From: Macrostomum lignano
Taxonomy: Eukaryota
Assembly: GCA_002269645.1 (NCBI GenBank)
Contig: NIVC01001978.1
Location: forward strand, 62,001 to 126,000
Direction of reading: 5' to 3'
Length of the DNA stretch: 64,000 nucleotides
How positions within the stretch are numbered: position 1 is the stretch's first letter; each line of letters starts with the position of its first letter. Position numbers and translations under genes: made by a program. Positions 38,601 to 50,308 of this stretch are shown here, in pieces. The notes under the pieces are model-generated. The model was given only the letters and a program-made list of their open reading frames with translations. It did not search any database and was not told the origin of the DNA.

Positions 38601-38889
38601 CAGACTAGATTTGACTTGAAGTTCCGACTGGAAACCCCTGCGGGAAAACCTTGGCGGGAAAACCTGCGGGTAAATCTCGTGCTCCCGCAAAACTGGCTGA
38701 AAGCTAACTTACAAGAGATATTTGTGCAAGGCCCTGAAGACCCCGAAAAACCGGGTGGCCGAACCCGAACCCCAAACACAGCGATGGACGCGTCTGGGGC
38801 AAAGAGTGGCGACTTTTCAAAGTTGCGGAGTATAAGTTATTTAGTTGTCATTTACTAATGTTCTGAACTCACTTATTTATCTTTAACAG

Positions 38890-39159
38890 GAAATGCATCC
38901 ACACGTTTACGAGCGTCGAGAAATGATTGTCAACCTGACCCAGTCCAGTGCAGCGGTGGACACATCCTGCTTGAGCTATTTTCTAGTGCGATCTCTGCCT
39001 AAACTGCTTGAGCTGCCTCATCTTGACTGCTTTGTTGACGGAGTCAATGGTCGATGGTACGTGAATCCGCAGCTACGGACTGGCGAACCGTTTCGATTCG
39101 AAGTGCAGCTGCCGCCGGAGGGCACTCAAGAAGAAGTTGAGGCTTGGAAGAAGCTTTAA
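38890..39159 (+). CDS. GGACT: GGACT-like paralogue 2, exon 2 (169 aa total)
   Basis: TTTAACAG|GAA; EMHPHVYERR..CLSYFL..LLELPHL..NGRWYV; phase 0 junction. Confidence 0.85.
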   Translation, partial: EMHPHVYERREMIVNLTQSSAAVDTSCLSYFLVRSLPKLLELPHLDCFVDGVNGRWYVNPQLRTGEPFRFEVQLPPEGTQEEVEAWKKL

Positions 39160-39697
39160 CTGTAGGAGGGTTTTCAACTAGCTTTAGGCAGAGAGCTGAG
39201 GCACTTCACGAGTTTGCAGTTACTAATTTTCATGCCAAGTTAACTGTTTTTAGTAAGCAACTATTAGCAATTTTCAGATTTAGATGTCTTTATTGAACTG
39301 CCTTTCCTTTTCAAATACATGACAACAAGAAAACAATTTGAATTGCGTGAAACTTCCACAAATCTGACCATTCACGCGTAGAAGATTTATTAATATCGTG
39401 TTTCAATTATTTAACCGATTCAATATAATGTGCGCTATTTTTTTTACAAACAGTTCTCGTCAGCCAAAGTTTCTGATCAGCTCGGCCAAATTAAATCAGT
39501 ACAAAACTAGCAATCTAGTGCCCCCCTTCGGGGCGCTCAATAAGCAAGGGCAAAAAATTATTTCTGCGAATCCTATTTATATTTGCCTTGAAATCTCAGC
39601 AATTCCCCCAGTAAGCCTTGACATCTCAGCAATTCCCCCAGTAAGCCTCGATATCTCAGCAATACCCACAATAAGCCAATTAAATTAGTACAAAAAG

Positions 39698-40160
39698 TTG
39701 GCGCCACTATCTCTTACATGTAGGTTGCCGCCACTATCTCTTACATGTAGGTTGGCGCCACTGTCTCTTACATGTAGGTTGGCACCACTGTCTCTTACAT
39801 GTAGGTTGGCACCACTGTCTCTTACATGTAGGTTGGCACCACTGTCTCTTACATGTAGGTTGGCGCCACTGTCTCTTACATGTAGGTTGGCACCACTGTC
39901 TCTTACATGTAGGTTGGCGCCACTGTCTCTTACATGTAGGTTGGCACCACTGTCTCTTACATGTAGGTTGGCGCCACTGTCTCTTACATGTAGGTTGGCA
40001 CCACTGTCTCTTACATGTAGGTTGGCGCCACTGTCTCTTACATGTAGGTTGGCACCACTGTCTCTTACATGTAGGTTGGCACCACTGTCTCTTACATGTA
40101 GGTTGGCGCCACTGTCTCTTACATGTAGGTTGGCACCACTGTCTCTTATTATGGCGCCAC
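39698..40160. repeat. 27-bp tandem repeat (AGGTTGGCRCCACTGTCTCTTACATGT)
   Basis: About 16 copies. Confidence 0.94.
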
Positions 40161-40722
40161 TATAACGCCAATGTCTTATATTTAATTGCTATATAGTTTC
40201 ATTTCAAGTTACAATCAGAAGCTACTAAAATTACTTAATTCAATCTTGTGGAAAGGCCCAGATAAAACTGTATAATTAGGTAGTTTCAGTTTCAGCATGA
40301 AGCACTCGTTGCCCAGAAAGAAAGCAACGCTCTTCTGCAAAACACGTGACGAAACTCTCAAGGCCAAAGCACTGTATGTACGAGCTTACGTACAATTAAT
40401 TCAAGCCTAAAACACACAAATTGCGCAAAAAAGATTTTCAATTTCCTGGTCGCGGCAGGCATGTACATTTAAGGCCTATTTGCAATGCATGTTGGCAACT
40501 CTCTTACCCATGGCCGCCACGACTGCTATGTAAGATTGTAGATAAGGACTTGCAGTGCAATATGTTTATATATTATGCATAGGCCCACACTGCATGCATT
40601 CAATAGGGTGACAAACCATTTCCACAACCAAATAGCTTTACTGCGAGCAGCTCAAGAAAATGCTTGCCGAAATTCAACCGCAATAGCATTTCAATTTCTT
40701 AATTGAATAGAAACAGGGGAAG

Positions 40723-40875
40723 ATGTCAATCAAACGATTGTCAAATTGTCTGCTATTGTCCAGCAGCCTGTTCGTGCTGGGATCCGTCTGTCTGCTGGTC
40801 CTGTACGCTGTCCTCACCTTTAGTCCCGGACATCATTTCCATTGCTGCCAGCCTTCAGGTCTCAGCTTTGCTCAG
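40723..40875 (+). CDS. Tetraspanin-like four-TM protein, exon 1 (TM1)
   Basis: Hydrophobic LLLSSSLFVLGSVCLLVLYAVLTF; donor CAG|GTGAGG. Confidence 0.65.
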
Positions 40876-40984
40876 GTGAGGCTGAGGGGGGGGGTACCGT
40901 GGCTCTGTTTTGTTACGAATGCTGTTATCATCTAACCTCTCCTAATTTTTGTTGAGTTTCCTATGTTGCACAGGTTCGAGCTGT

Positions 40985-42500
40985 ACATCTCTCTCTCCCA
41001 TTACCCTCCCTCTCCACTTCTCTCTCCTTTGTCTCCATCCCTACCCACTTCTCTCTCTTTTGTCTCCATCCCTCTCCACTTCTCTCTCCTTTGTCTCTCT
41101 CCTTTGTCTCTCTCCCTCTCCACTTCTCTCTCCTTTGTCTCTCTCCTTTGTCTCTCTCCCTCTCCACTTCTCTCTCTTTTGTCTCCATCCCTCTCCACTT
41201 CTCTCTCCTTTGTCTCTCTCCTTTGTCTCTCTCCCTCTCCACTTCTCTCTCCTTTGTCTCTCTCCTTTGTCTCTCTCCCTCTCCACTTCTCTCTCTTTTG
41301 TCTCCATCCCTCTCCACTTCTCTCTCCTTTGTCTCTCTCCTTTGTCTCTCTCCCTCTCCACTTCTCTCTCCTTTGTCTCTCTCCTTTGTCTCTCTCCCTC
41401 TCTCTCTCACTTCTCTCTTTGTCTCTCTCCCTCTCCACTTCTCTCTCCTTTGTCTCTCTCCTTTGTCTCTCTCCCTCTCCACTTCTCTCTCTTTTTTCTC
41501 CATCCCTCTCCACTTCTCTCTATTTTGTCTCCATCCCTCTCCACTTCTCTCTATTTTGTCTCCATCCCTCTCCACTTCTCTCTCTTTTTTCTCCATCCCT
41601 CTCCACTTCTCTCTCCTTTGTCTCCATCCCTCTCCACTTCTCTCTCCTTTGTCTCCATCCCTCTCCACTTCTCTCTCCTTTGTCTCTCTCCCTCTCCACT
41701 TCTCTCTCCTTTGTCTCTCTCCCTCTCCACTTCTATCTCCTTTGTCTCCATCCCTCTCCACTTCTCTCTCCTTTGTCTCCATCCCTCTCCACTTCTCTCT
41801 CCTTTGTCTCCATCCCTCTCCACTTCTCTCTCCTTTGTCTCCATCCCTCTCCACTTATATCTCCTTTGTCTCTCTCCCTCTCCACTTCTCTCTCCTTTGT
41901 CTCTCTCCCTCTCCACTTCTCTCTCCTTTGTCTCCATCCCTCCACTTCTCTCTCCTTTGTCTCCATCCCTCCACTTCTCTCTCCTTTGTCTCCATCCCTC
42001 CACTTCTCTCTCCTTTGTCTCCATCCCTCCACTTCTCTCTCCTTTGTCTCCATCCCTCTCCACTTCTCTCTCCTTTGTCTCCATCCCTCTCCACTTCTCT
42101 CTCCTTTGTCTCCATCCCTCTCCACTTCTCTCTCCTTTGTCTCCATCCCTCTCCACTTCTCTCTCCTTTGTCTCCATCCCTCTCCACTTCTCTCTCCTTT
42201 GTCTCTCTCCCTCTCCACTTCTCTCTCTTTTGTCTCCATCCCTCTCCACTTATATCTCCTTTGTCTCCATCCCTCTCCACTTCTCTCTCCTTTGTCTCCA
42301 TCCCTCTCCACTTCTCTCTCCTTTGTCTACAGCTCCTTCTTCACTTCTCTCTCTCCCTTCTCTCCATCATTCTCTACTTATCTCTCTCTTTTGTCTGTCT
42401 CTCTCCATTTCTCTCTCCTTTTTCTCCTTTACTCTCCACTTATATCTCTCCTTTGTCTGCCTCCTCAACTTCTCTGTCTCCTTTCCGTCCCTTCTCTCCC
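40985..42500. repeat. CT-rich tandem repeat (CCCTCTCCACTTCTCTCTCCTTTGTCTCCAT) in tetraspanin intron 1
   Basis: Direct periodicity of ~31 bp. Confidence 0.9.
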
Positions 42501-42543
42501 TATCTCCATCATACCCAAACCTTCAACCCCATCATCATCACAG

Positions 42544-42939
42544 GCCAGCTCGGTCGCTCTCCTCCTGCCTCTGCTACTGGCCCTGGCGGGCATATTCGGC
42601 TGGACTTCGCTGCGCACCGGCCGAGTCCAAGCGACTCTGCTACACCTGGGCGCCTTGCTGCTCCTTGCCGGGACCTCCCTGTTCCTCGGTGCCGCCTGTT
42701 TCGCCGGTCGCGACTCTGCTCTGCGAGTCGTTGAACGCAATTTTCAGCTTGTACGCGACTGTCGCACAGATTGGCTGGTGGACCGTCTGCAAACGGAATT
42801 GAACTGTAGCGGATGGAATTTCACCACGGCGCATCGGTCGGTGTGTCCGCAATCGCCTTCTGCTGGCGCCGCTGGAGTCCTTGGAGACAAGGATGGCAAT
42901 GGATCGGTTGTAACGCCTGCTGTGACTCAAAAGAACTTG
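42544..42939 (+). CDS. Tetraspanin-like protein, exon 2 (TM2, TM3, start of large extracellular loop)
   Basis: VALLLPLLLALAGIFG; LLHLGALLLLAGTSLFLGAAC; DRLQTELNCSG (cf. LQxxLxCCG); CACAG|GCC and TTG|GTGAGC. Confidence 0.7.
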
Positions 42940-43019
42940 GTGAGCTGCTTCTGAGTCTGCTTCTGAGTCTACTTCTGAGTGTTTTTATTGCTTTTTTCTT
43001 CAAGTTGTTTTCATCAACT

Positions 43020-45320
43020 TTGACTCCTCTTCTGGCCTCCTCCTGATTCCCCCTGACTCTTGTGGCCTCCTCGTGATTCCCCCTGACTCTTGTGGCCTCC
43101 TCGTGATTCCCCCTGACTCTTGTGGCCTCCTCGTGATTCACCCTGACTCTTGTGGCCTCCTTGTGATTCCCCCTGACTCTTGTGGCCTCCTCGTGATTCC
43201 CCCTGACTCTTGTGGCCTCCTCCTGATTCCCCCTGACTCTTGTGGCCTCCTCTTGATTCCCCCTGACTCTTGTGGCCTCCTCGTGATTCCCCCTGACTCT
43301 TGTGGCCTCCTCCTGATTCCCCTTGACTCTTGTGGCCTCCTCCTGATTCCCCCTGACTCTTGTGGCCTCCTCCTGATTCCCCCTGACTCTTGTGGCCTTC
43401 TTTCTGATTCCCCTTGACTCTTGTGGCCTCCTCCTGATTCCCCCTGACTCTTGTGGCCTCCTCCTGATTCCCCCTGACTCTTGTGGCCTCCTCCTGATTC
43501 CCCTTGACTCTTGTGGCCTCCTCATGACTGTCCCTGACTCTTGTGGCCTCCTCGTGATTCCCCCTGACCCTTGTGGCCTCCTCGTGATTCCCCGACTCTT
43601 CTGGCCTTCTCGTGATTCCCCCTGACTCTTGTGGTCTCCTCCTGATTCCCCCTGACTCTTGTGGCCTCCTCGTGATTCCCCCTGACTCTTGTGGCCTCCT
43701 CGTGATTCCCCCTGACCCTTGTGGCCTCCTCGTGATTCCCCGACTCTTCTGGCCTTCTCGTGATTCCCCCTGACTCTTGTGGCCTCCTCCTGATTCCCCC
43801 TGACTCTTGTGGCCTCCTCGTGATTCCCCGACTCTTGTGGCCTCCTCGTGATTCCCCCTGACTCTTGTGGCCTCCTCCTGATTCCCCCTGACTCTTGTGG
43901 CCTCCTTGTGATTCCCCCTGACTCTTGTGGCCTCCTCGTGATTCCCCCTGACTCTTCTGGCCTCCTCCTGATTCCCCTTGACTCTTGTGGCCTCCTCCTG
44001 ATTTCCCCTGACTCTTGTGGCCTCCTCCTGATTCTTCCTGACTCTTGTGGCCTCCTCCTGATTCCCCCTGACTCTTGTGGCCTCCTCCTGATTCCCCCTG
44101 ACTCTTGTGGCCTCCTCCTGATTCCCCTTGACTCTTGTGGCCTCCTCCTGATTCCCCCGACTCTTGTGGCCTCCTCATGACTGTCCCTGACTCTTGTGGC
44201 CTCCTCGTGATTCCCCCTGACCCTTGTGGCCTCCTCGTGATTCCCCGACTCTTCTGGCCTTCTCGTGATTCCCCCTGACTCTTGTGGTCTCCTCCTGATT
44301 CCCCCTGACTCTTGTGGCCTCCTCGTGATTCCCCTGACTCTTGTGGCCTCCTCGTGATTCCCCCTGACCCTTGTGGCCTCCTCGTGATTCCCCGACTCTT
44401 CTGGCCTTCTCGTGATTCCCCCTGACTCTTGTGGCCTCCTCCTGATTCCCCCTGACTCTTGTGGCCTCCTCGTGATTCCCCGACTCTTGTGGCCTCCTCG
44501 TGATTCCCCCTGACTCTTGTGGCCTCCTCCTGATTCCCCCTGACTCTTGTGGCCTCCTCGTGATTCCCCCTGACTCTTCTGGCCTCCTCCTGATTCCCCT
44601 TGACTCTTGTGGCCTCCTCCTGATTTCCCCTGACTCTTGTGGCCTCCTCCTGATTCTTCCTGACTCTTGTGGCCTCCTCCTGATTCCCCCTGACTCTTGT
44701 GGCCTCCTCCTGATTCCCCCTGACTCTTGTGGCCTCCTCCTGATTCCCCTTGACTCTTGTGGCCTCCTCCTGATTCCCCCGACTCTTGTGGCCTCCTCCT
44801 GATTCCCCCTGACTCTTGTGGCCTCCTCCTGATTCCCCCTGACTCTTGTGGCCTCCTCCTGATTCCCCTTGACTCTTGTGGCCTCCTCCTGATTCCCCGA
44901 CTCTTGTGGCCTCCTCCTGATTCCCCCTGACTCTTGTGGCCTCCTCCTGATTCCCCCTGACTCTTTTGGCCTCCTCATGACTGTCCCTGACTCTTGTGGC
45001 CTCCTCGTGATTCCCCCTGACCCTTGTGGCCTCCTCGTGATTCCCCGACTCTTCTGGCCTTCTCGTGATTCCCCCTGACTCTTGTGGCCTCCTCCTGATT
45101 CCCCCTGACTCTTGTGGCCTCCTCGTGATTCCCCCTGACTCTTGTGGCCTCCTCCTGATTCTTCCGGACTCTTCTGGCCTCCTCCTGTTTCCCCCTGACT
45201 CTTGTGGCCTCCTGATTCTTCCGGAATCTTCTTGCCTCTCCTAATTCCCCCTGACTCTTCTGGCCTCCTCCTAATTCCCCCTGACTCTTGTGACCTCCTC
45301 CTGATTCTTCCCGATTCTTC
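43020..45320. repeat. 30-bp tandem repeat (GACTCTTGTGGCCTCCTCCTGATTCCCCCT) in tetraspanin intron 2
   Basis: 10-aa periodic ORFs; higher-order blocks start at ~43525, 44178 and 44978. Confidence 0.94.
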
Positions 45321-45459
45321 TGACTTCGGATATTAAATAATCTTGAAAAACACATTTTCACGCTTGATGAACCGCAGAAAAATGCTAATCCCTAAGTCTG
45401 ATTCTTCAATGAATTTCATAATAAATGCCTTCACCCTTACGGTTACTAAACGGATTCCC

Positions 45460-46100
45460 CCAAAGAATCCCTCGAATGGATTTCCCAACGGATTCCCCTA
45501 ACGTATTCTTCAAATGGATTCTCCCAACGGTCTCCACTAAACGGATTCCTCAAACGGATTCCCCAAACGGATTCCCCTAACGGATTCCTCTAACGAATTC
45601 CCCTAACGGATTCCCCTAACGGATTACCCAACAGATTCCCCTAACGGATTCCCCTAACGGATTCCCCTAACGGATTCCCCTAACGGATTCCCCTAACGGA
45701 TTCCCCTAACGGATTCCCCAACATATTCTCCAAACGGATTCCCCTAACGGATTCCCCTAATGGATTCCCCTAACGGATTACCCTAACGGATTTCCATAAT
45801 GGATTCCCCAACAGATTCCCCTAACGGATTCTCCTAACGGATTCCCCAGCATATTCCCCAAACGGATTCCCCAAACGGATTCCCCTAACGGTTTCCACTA
45901 ACGGTTTCCCCTGACGGATTCCCCTAACGGATTCCCCTAACGGATTCCCCTAACGGATTCCCCTAACGGATTCCCCAACAGATTCCCCTAACGGATTCCC
46001 CTAACGGATTCCCCTAACGGATTCTCCAACAGATTCCCCTAACGGATTCTCCAACAGATTCCCTAAACGGATTCCCCAAACGGATTCCCCCTAACAGATG
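45460..46100. repeat. 13-bp tandem repeat (AACGGATTCCCCT) in tetraspanin intron 2
   Basis: Direct periodicity. Confidence 0.92.
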
Positions 46101-46259
46101 CCCCAATTGATTTCCTACAGATTTCCTATGGATTTCTTTCTGATTTCTACAAATTCCCCTGCTTGATTCCTCACCAAATTTCCCAACAGATTCCTGTTTA
46201 TATTGTAATCTCCCACAAAATTCCTCGAACTCCAACGTGCGCATATAACAACTCCGCAG

Positions 46260-46697
46260 CCCCCTGCCACCCATCAGCCGGTCTCCGGCCCGTGCCGCGA
46301 ACCCGTCACTCGCCTATCAGGCAGACTGGCTGGTGCAGCGCTCGCCTCCGGCCTAGCCCTGGCCCTGCTGGCCGCGGCCACTCTGGCCTGCCAATGCACC
46401 TACCAGTGGCGCATCAGCGACCCCGACAGGCGTCGGCAGATTGGCCAAGAGCGGCTGGAACTACGACGTCGGAGGCTGACGCAGCAGACGCGCAATAATA
46501 CTGCAGTTGACAATAGTGGAAGTGTAAATAGTGATAATACAGCAACAGCAACAGCTGACAGGAATTCCGCAGGACCATCAGCTGCTCAAGTTCATCGACA
46601 GCCGCCGAAACGACGAGCACCGGAGAGGCCGTCGGCGGCTCCGACGGTGGTGGCCGGCAAAACCGATTTGTTATTATTTGACGATGGAGAGGTTTAA
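46260..46697 (+). CDS. Tetraspanin-like protein, exon 3 (GPC, TM4, long C-tail); 328 aa total
   Basis: CCGCAG|CCC CCT...; PVSGPCREPV..LAGAALASGLALALLAAATLAC..; in frame to TAA at 46695-46697. Confidence 0.65.
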   Translation, partial: PPATHQPVSGPCREPVTRLSGRLAGAALASGLALALLAAATLACQCTYQWRISDPDRRRQIGQERLELRRRRLTQQTRNNTAVDNSGSVNSDNTATATADRNSAGPSAAQVHRQPPKRRAPERPSAAPTVVAGKTDLLLFDDGEV

Positions 46698-46835
46698 ATG
46701 AGTATAGAACTTGTACTTCCATAGCATCGGGGATTCACCAGCTGAGTCAGGATGCTTTTTGTAACAATATGATTTCAATGCCGAATATTCATTATCGAGA
46801 CGACCAACATTCTTATATAGAACTTCACCTCGCAG

Positions 46836-47008
46836 GCAGTGGCGCCAGCCTAAAAGACAGTGGCGCCAACCTCACAGACAGTGGCGCCAACCTAAGAGAC
46901 AGTGGCGCCAGCCTAAGAGACAGTGGCGCCAACCTAAGAGACAGTGGCGCCAACCTAAGTACAGTGGCGCCAACCTAAGAGACAGTGGCGCCAGACTAAG
47001 AGACAGTG
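46836..47008. repeat. 21-bp tandem repeat (AGAGACAGTGGCGCCAACCTA); reverse complement of the 39.7-kb array core
   Basis: Direct comparison. Confidence 0.88.
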
Positions 47009-47020
47009 ACACAAATTGTT

Positions 47021-47094
47021 CCGAGAGGGTCGAGAATCGAACCCCAGACCTTTCAGTCGTAAGTCTGACGCTCTAAACACCAAGGCTACAAACC
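47021..47094 (-). pseudogene. tRNA-derived pseudogene or SINE head (Val-TAC-like loop)
   Basis: A-box-like TAGCCTTGGTG, B-box GGTTCGATTC and loop CT-TAC-GA, but the anticodon and acceptor stems do not pair well. Confidence 0.55.
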
Positions 47095-47731
47095 CCTCAA
47101 ATATCGGCTTAAATACACAATGAATGTTTTAATCCGCATAAATTAAAAAAATACAGCTATAAACAGCTTGAACGGCTTTTCCTAATAAGCTGGCGTTTAA
47201 AGTGCGACCTCGCGGAAATATAGCTGTGCCTTTTGCTGATGTGACTTAAAATAAACTAAAACTTCTAATATACTACTTGATTTACTTGCATAAAATGCGT
47301 TGATCGGTTTGCTTGTGAATTCTGTATTCTGTATACGGTCGTAATTGCAATTTGTATTATTTTTTTTCATTTAATAGCTGATATAGTTTATCTCGAAAGC
47401 CTAAATTGTTAAAGTTAATTTAATAACAGCTATCTAATTGATCTATACTTTAAAATTGTGCTAATAAAAGTTAAAAATGAACTATTAATCGACCATTTAA
47501 TAATTTAAAAAAATGCCTTAATACGTTTTAAACAATACATATCGTTCTTTAAAATGTTAGATTACAAATTTAACTAATATAATAGAGAATAAGGGGTTCA
47601 ATTTGTTGCTTTGTAAGCAATGAAACAGGGAGATTAAAATGATTCAAGTTTTTAAGACGCAAAAGAGGCTGAGAGAAAAAATTACTTCGAACAAAGGTTA
47701 CCTTACTGAGAATTTTTTAACGAAAAAGTTT

Positions 47732-47803
47732 CTCCCCGACCGGGAATCGAACCCGGGCCTTCCACGTGACAGGCGGAGATACTGACCACTATACTATCGA
47801 GGA
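47732..47803 (-). tRNA. trnD: tRNA-Asp (GTC)
   Basis: TCCTCGATAGTATAGTGGTCAGTATCTCCGCCTGTCACGTGGAAGGCCCGGGTTCGATTCCCGGTCGGGGAG; acceptor, anticodon and T stems pair; T5 Pol III terminator just downstream. Confidence 0.95.
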
Positions 47804-48049
47804 GTTACACTAACGAGTATAGTTGGGTGCTTTTACATTTGATAGGCCGGGTGCAGGTAATGTGGAGTCTGCAAGAATAAAACAACATTGCCACTGTATC
47901 TATTTTTGCTCTAAGCATTCTACATCCATTAGATTAAAATGTCTAAGGTCTAAGCTAAGCTAATCAAAGTATGATTGCCATTGTCGCCTACCTTAATTTT
48001 TACAAGTCGCTCGGATTCGGTGCATCATCGAGTCCTTGACGTTGACACC

Positions 48050-48710
48050 TAGCTGCGAGACTCGCCAAAGGTGGTGTCAATTGCCTTTGTAGATTTCTGC
48101 AAAGCTTTTCAAATTGACTCTGTCATCCGGGCGGCCATTGCCTGGCTCCTTCAGCAACATGGAGATGGAGTTCCTCAGCTGCTAGTCCAGGCGATCATGG
48201 ACCTCCACAGCTCGTCCAAGGCTTATGTTCAGACAAACCACGGCCCTATATCTGAATTTGCCACCACCTCCGTCCGGGGTCATGCAAGACGATACCTTAT
48301 CCCCGTTTCTATTTGTCATCCTGATCAACTACGTCATGCGGCTGGCTCTGTGTGACGAAGACGGCTATGAAGTGGTGCCTCGCCAACGTAGACGACATGG
48401 CGTTGACCTGCTGCAGCCCCGAAGCTGCGCAGAGGGGAAGCTCGTGGGGCTCCACATTAACCACGGCAAGACAGAGGTGCTGCATGTTGGCATTGCCAGT
48501 TCTCCACCACTGTTTCTACCGGACGGCAACACCATCGCCCCGTGCAACCAGTTCCAGTATCTGGGCGTCCTTGGTCACTGACCCGGATGCCATTGTCAAC
48601 AAGCACAAGCAGCTACATGGCGTCGCGGGCCTCCCACCTTCTCCGCTCTTCAACTGCCGGTTCGCCACCGACAGCCTGAAGGTCGCCCTCTTCCGCTCAG
48701 AACCTATAAG
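48050..48710 (+). pseudogene. Decayed non-LTR retrotransposon reverse-transcriptase fragment
   Basis: Across frames: FVDFCKAF.DSV, GVMQDDTLSPFLF, LANVDDMAL, GLHINHGKTEVL, FQYLG. Confidence 0.8.
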
Positions 48711-49351
48711 CTAAGATTTAAGAAGTATTATTTGGTCATTTTACCTGTTTCAAAAATCATTTTGAAAATATCTGTCAAAATTAAATGAAATGACAGACAA
48801 AAAAGTTAAAGTATAACGTATAGTTTCGAAAAAACTTTACTTTAGTTAGTATTTCGTAATTGCCTAATTTGAAATTGAATGCTTACTTTTCTGTTTATTT
48901 TAATACGGTGTACGGTGCTACGTGTACATAAAGTAACATTTTTTGAGTTATACAGGCAGTTAACTAATAGTAATAATTAATATACATTTAAATGCACTTG
49001 CATGGTAAGTTACTGATGGTAACCAATGGCAACCAAAATTGGCAAAGCTGCAGTAAGCGCTTTGTTAAAATCTCTGGCTTGAGAGACAATGGAAAGAACG
49101 CGCTTAAATACTACTTATACGTTATCATCAGAATACGAAATATCATTACAATAAAAAAGGTAGCATGGAAGGATGATGAAGAATGAAAGAGTTAAGGACA
49201 GGGTAGAAGGGGCACCACATGGATGGAAGCACAGGGTAGAAAGGGCACTTTAATGAGCGACAAGGAGAAATACCTGTATGAGGCATATTAAGGCAACGTA
49301 AGACGGAAGAGAAAGATCTAGAAAATACATGCTTTGACAAATATCAGTCGA

Positions 49352-50308
49352 TCATCTGCGCTGATTGCTCTTGACCTGCCTTGGACGACGACTTTTGATG
49401 CCACCGCCGCTGCGGCTTCCGCCACCACCCGTTGAAGAAGGCACTGAGGCAGCGACGGATCGGTCCGAGACGACCACTGATCGAATCTGCAGCCCGGGCG
49501 CCGGTTGTCGGTGCGACAGACGCAGCAGCTCGGCGCTGGAAATTGGGGAAGCGGCAACAACCGCCGCCTCGGCCGCCGCTTCCCAACGGGACAATCGTTC
49601 ACGGAATCGATTGTAATTGAAGGACAGACTGAGCTCGTCTGGTTCGATAATGTCTACGGGACCAACATGGACGTGGGTAGCCGTTGAAGAAGCGACATCT
49701 GTCTCCAGCATTAGCGCCGAACCGTTTCGATCAGTGAGCTGCTGGCGAAGAACTACTGGGCCGTCGCGCTCGACGCTGTCAACAGACGATGCGACGGTTG
49801 GCGGAAGAATCGGCAGTGATCGACGCAGGCTGGCAATTGACGAAGCTGCAGCAAATCTCTGCTGGTCCTTGCGATCCCGATAGGTCGCGCAACTGTCTGG
49901 CGGAGGCGTCTGGACTTCGAGCCGGCTCGATGTTGGCGCAGGCGATTGCTCTGCTGGGGTAGCTGCCGCCGCAGGCGCCCCCGCTCGCACTCGAAGCGGT
50001 CCCAGACGCCGAGCCCGCATTACGGTCAGCAGATTCTTCTGTGTCAGCAGCGGGCCAGCTGTAGCTCGATGTTCAACTCGAAACGCTGGATACGGACCCG
50101 AGCAGTTGTCCCAGCCAGTTCGCATCGCTACCAGCTGGCTGCCGTCAATCGCTGACAAGCCGCTGTCATCGGATACTATCGGACCTTGACAGCCGTGTCT
50201 GTCAAACAGGCGCTGAGACTGGTCTCCTAGTAGCAGAGACTGGAGTAGCATCTCTTTTAGACAGTCGCTGTACCGCGGATTGTACAAGCAATTGTTGCCG
50301 TTCTGCAT
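49352..50308 (-). CDS. Hypothetical protein (318 aa), no recognised domain
   Basis: ATG-to-stop ORF in a GC-rich island with AT-rich flanks; Ser/Ala/Pro-rich; not repeat-derived. Confidence 0.45.
   Translation of the reverse strand: MQNGNNCLYNPRYSDCLKEMLLQSLLLGDQSQRLFDRHGCQGPIVSDDSGLSAIDGSQLVAMRTGWDNCSGPYPAFRVEHRATAGPLLTQKNLLTVMRARRLGPLRVRAGAPAAAATPAEQSPAPTSSRLEVQTPPPDSCATYRDRKDQQRFAAASSIASLRRSLPILPPTVASSVDSVERDGPVVLRQQLTDRNGSALMLETDVASSTATHVHVGPVDIIEPDELSLSFNYNRFRERLSRWEAAAEAAVVAASPISSAELLRLSHRQPAPGLQIRSVVVSDRSVAASVPSSTGGGGSRSGGGIKSRRPRQVKSNQRR

Noticed and set aside
40949-45361. Long L/S/P-rich and E/R/G-rich ORFs
   Set aside because: Intronic repeat translations; only 42544-42939 is a credible exon.
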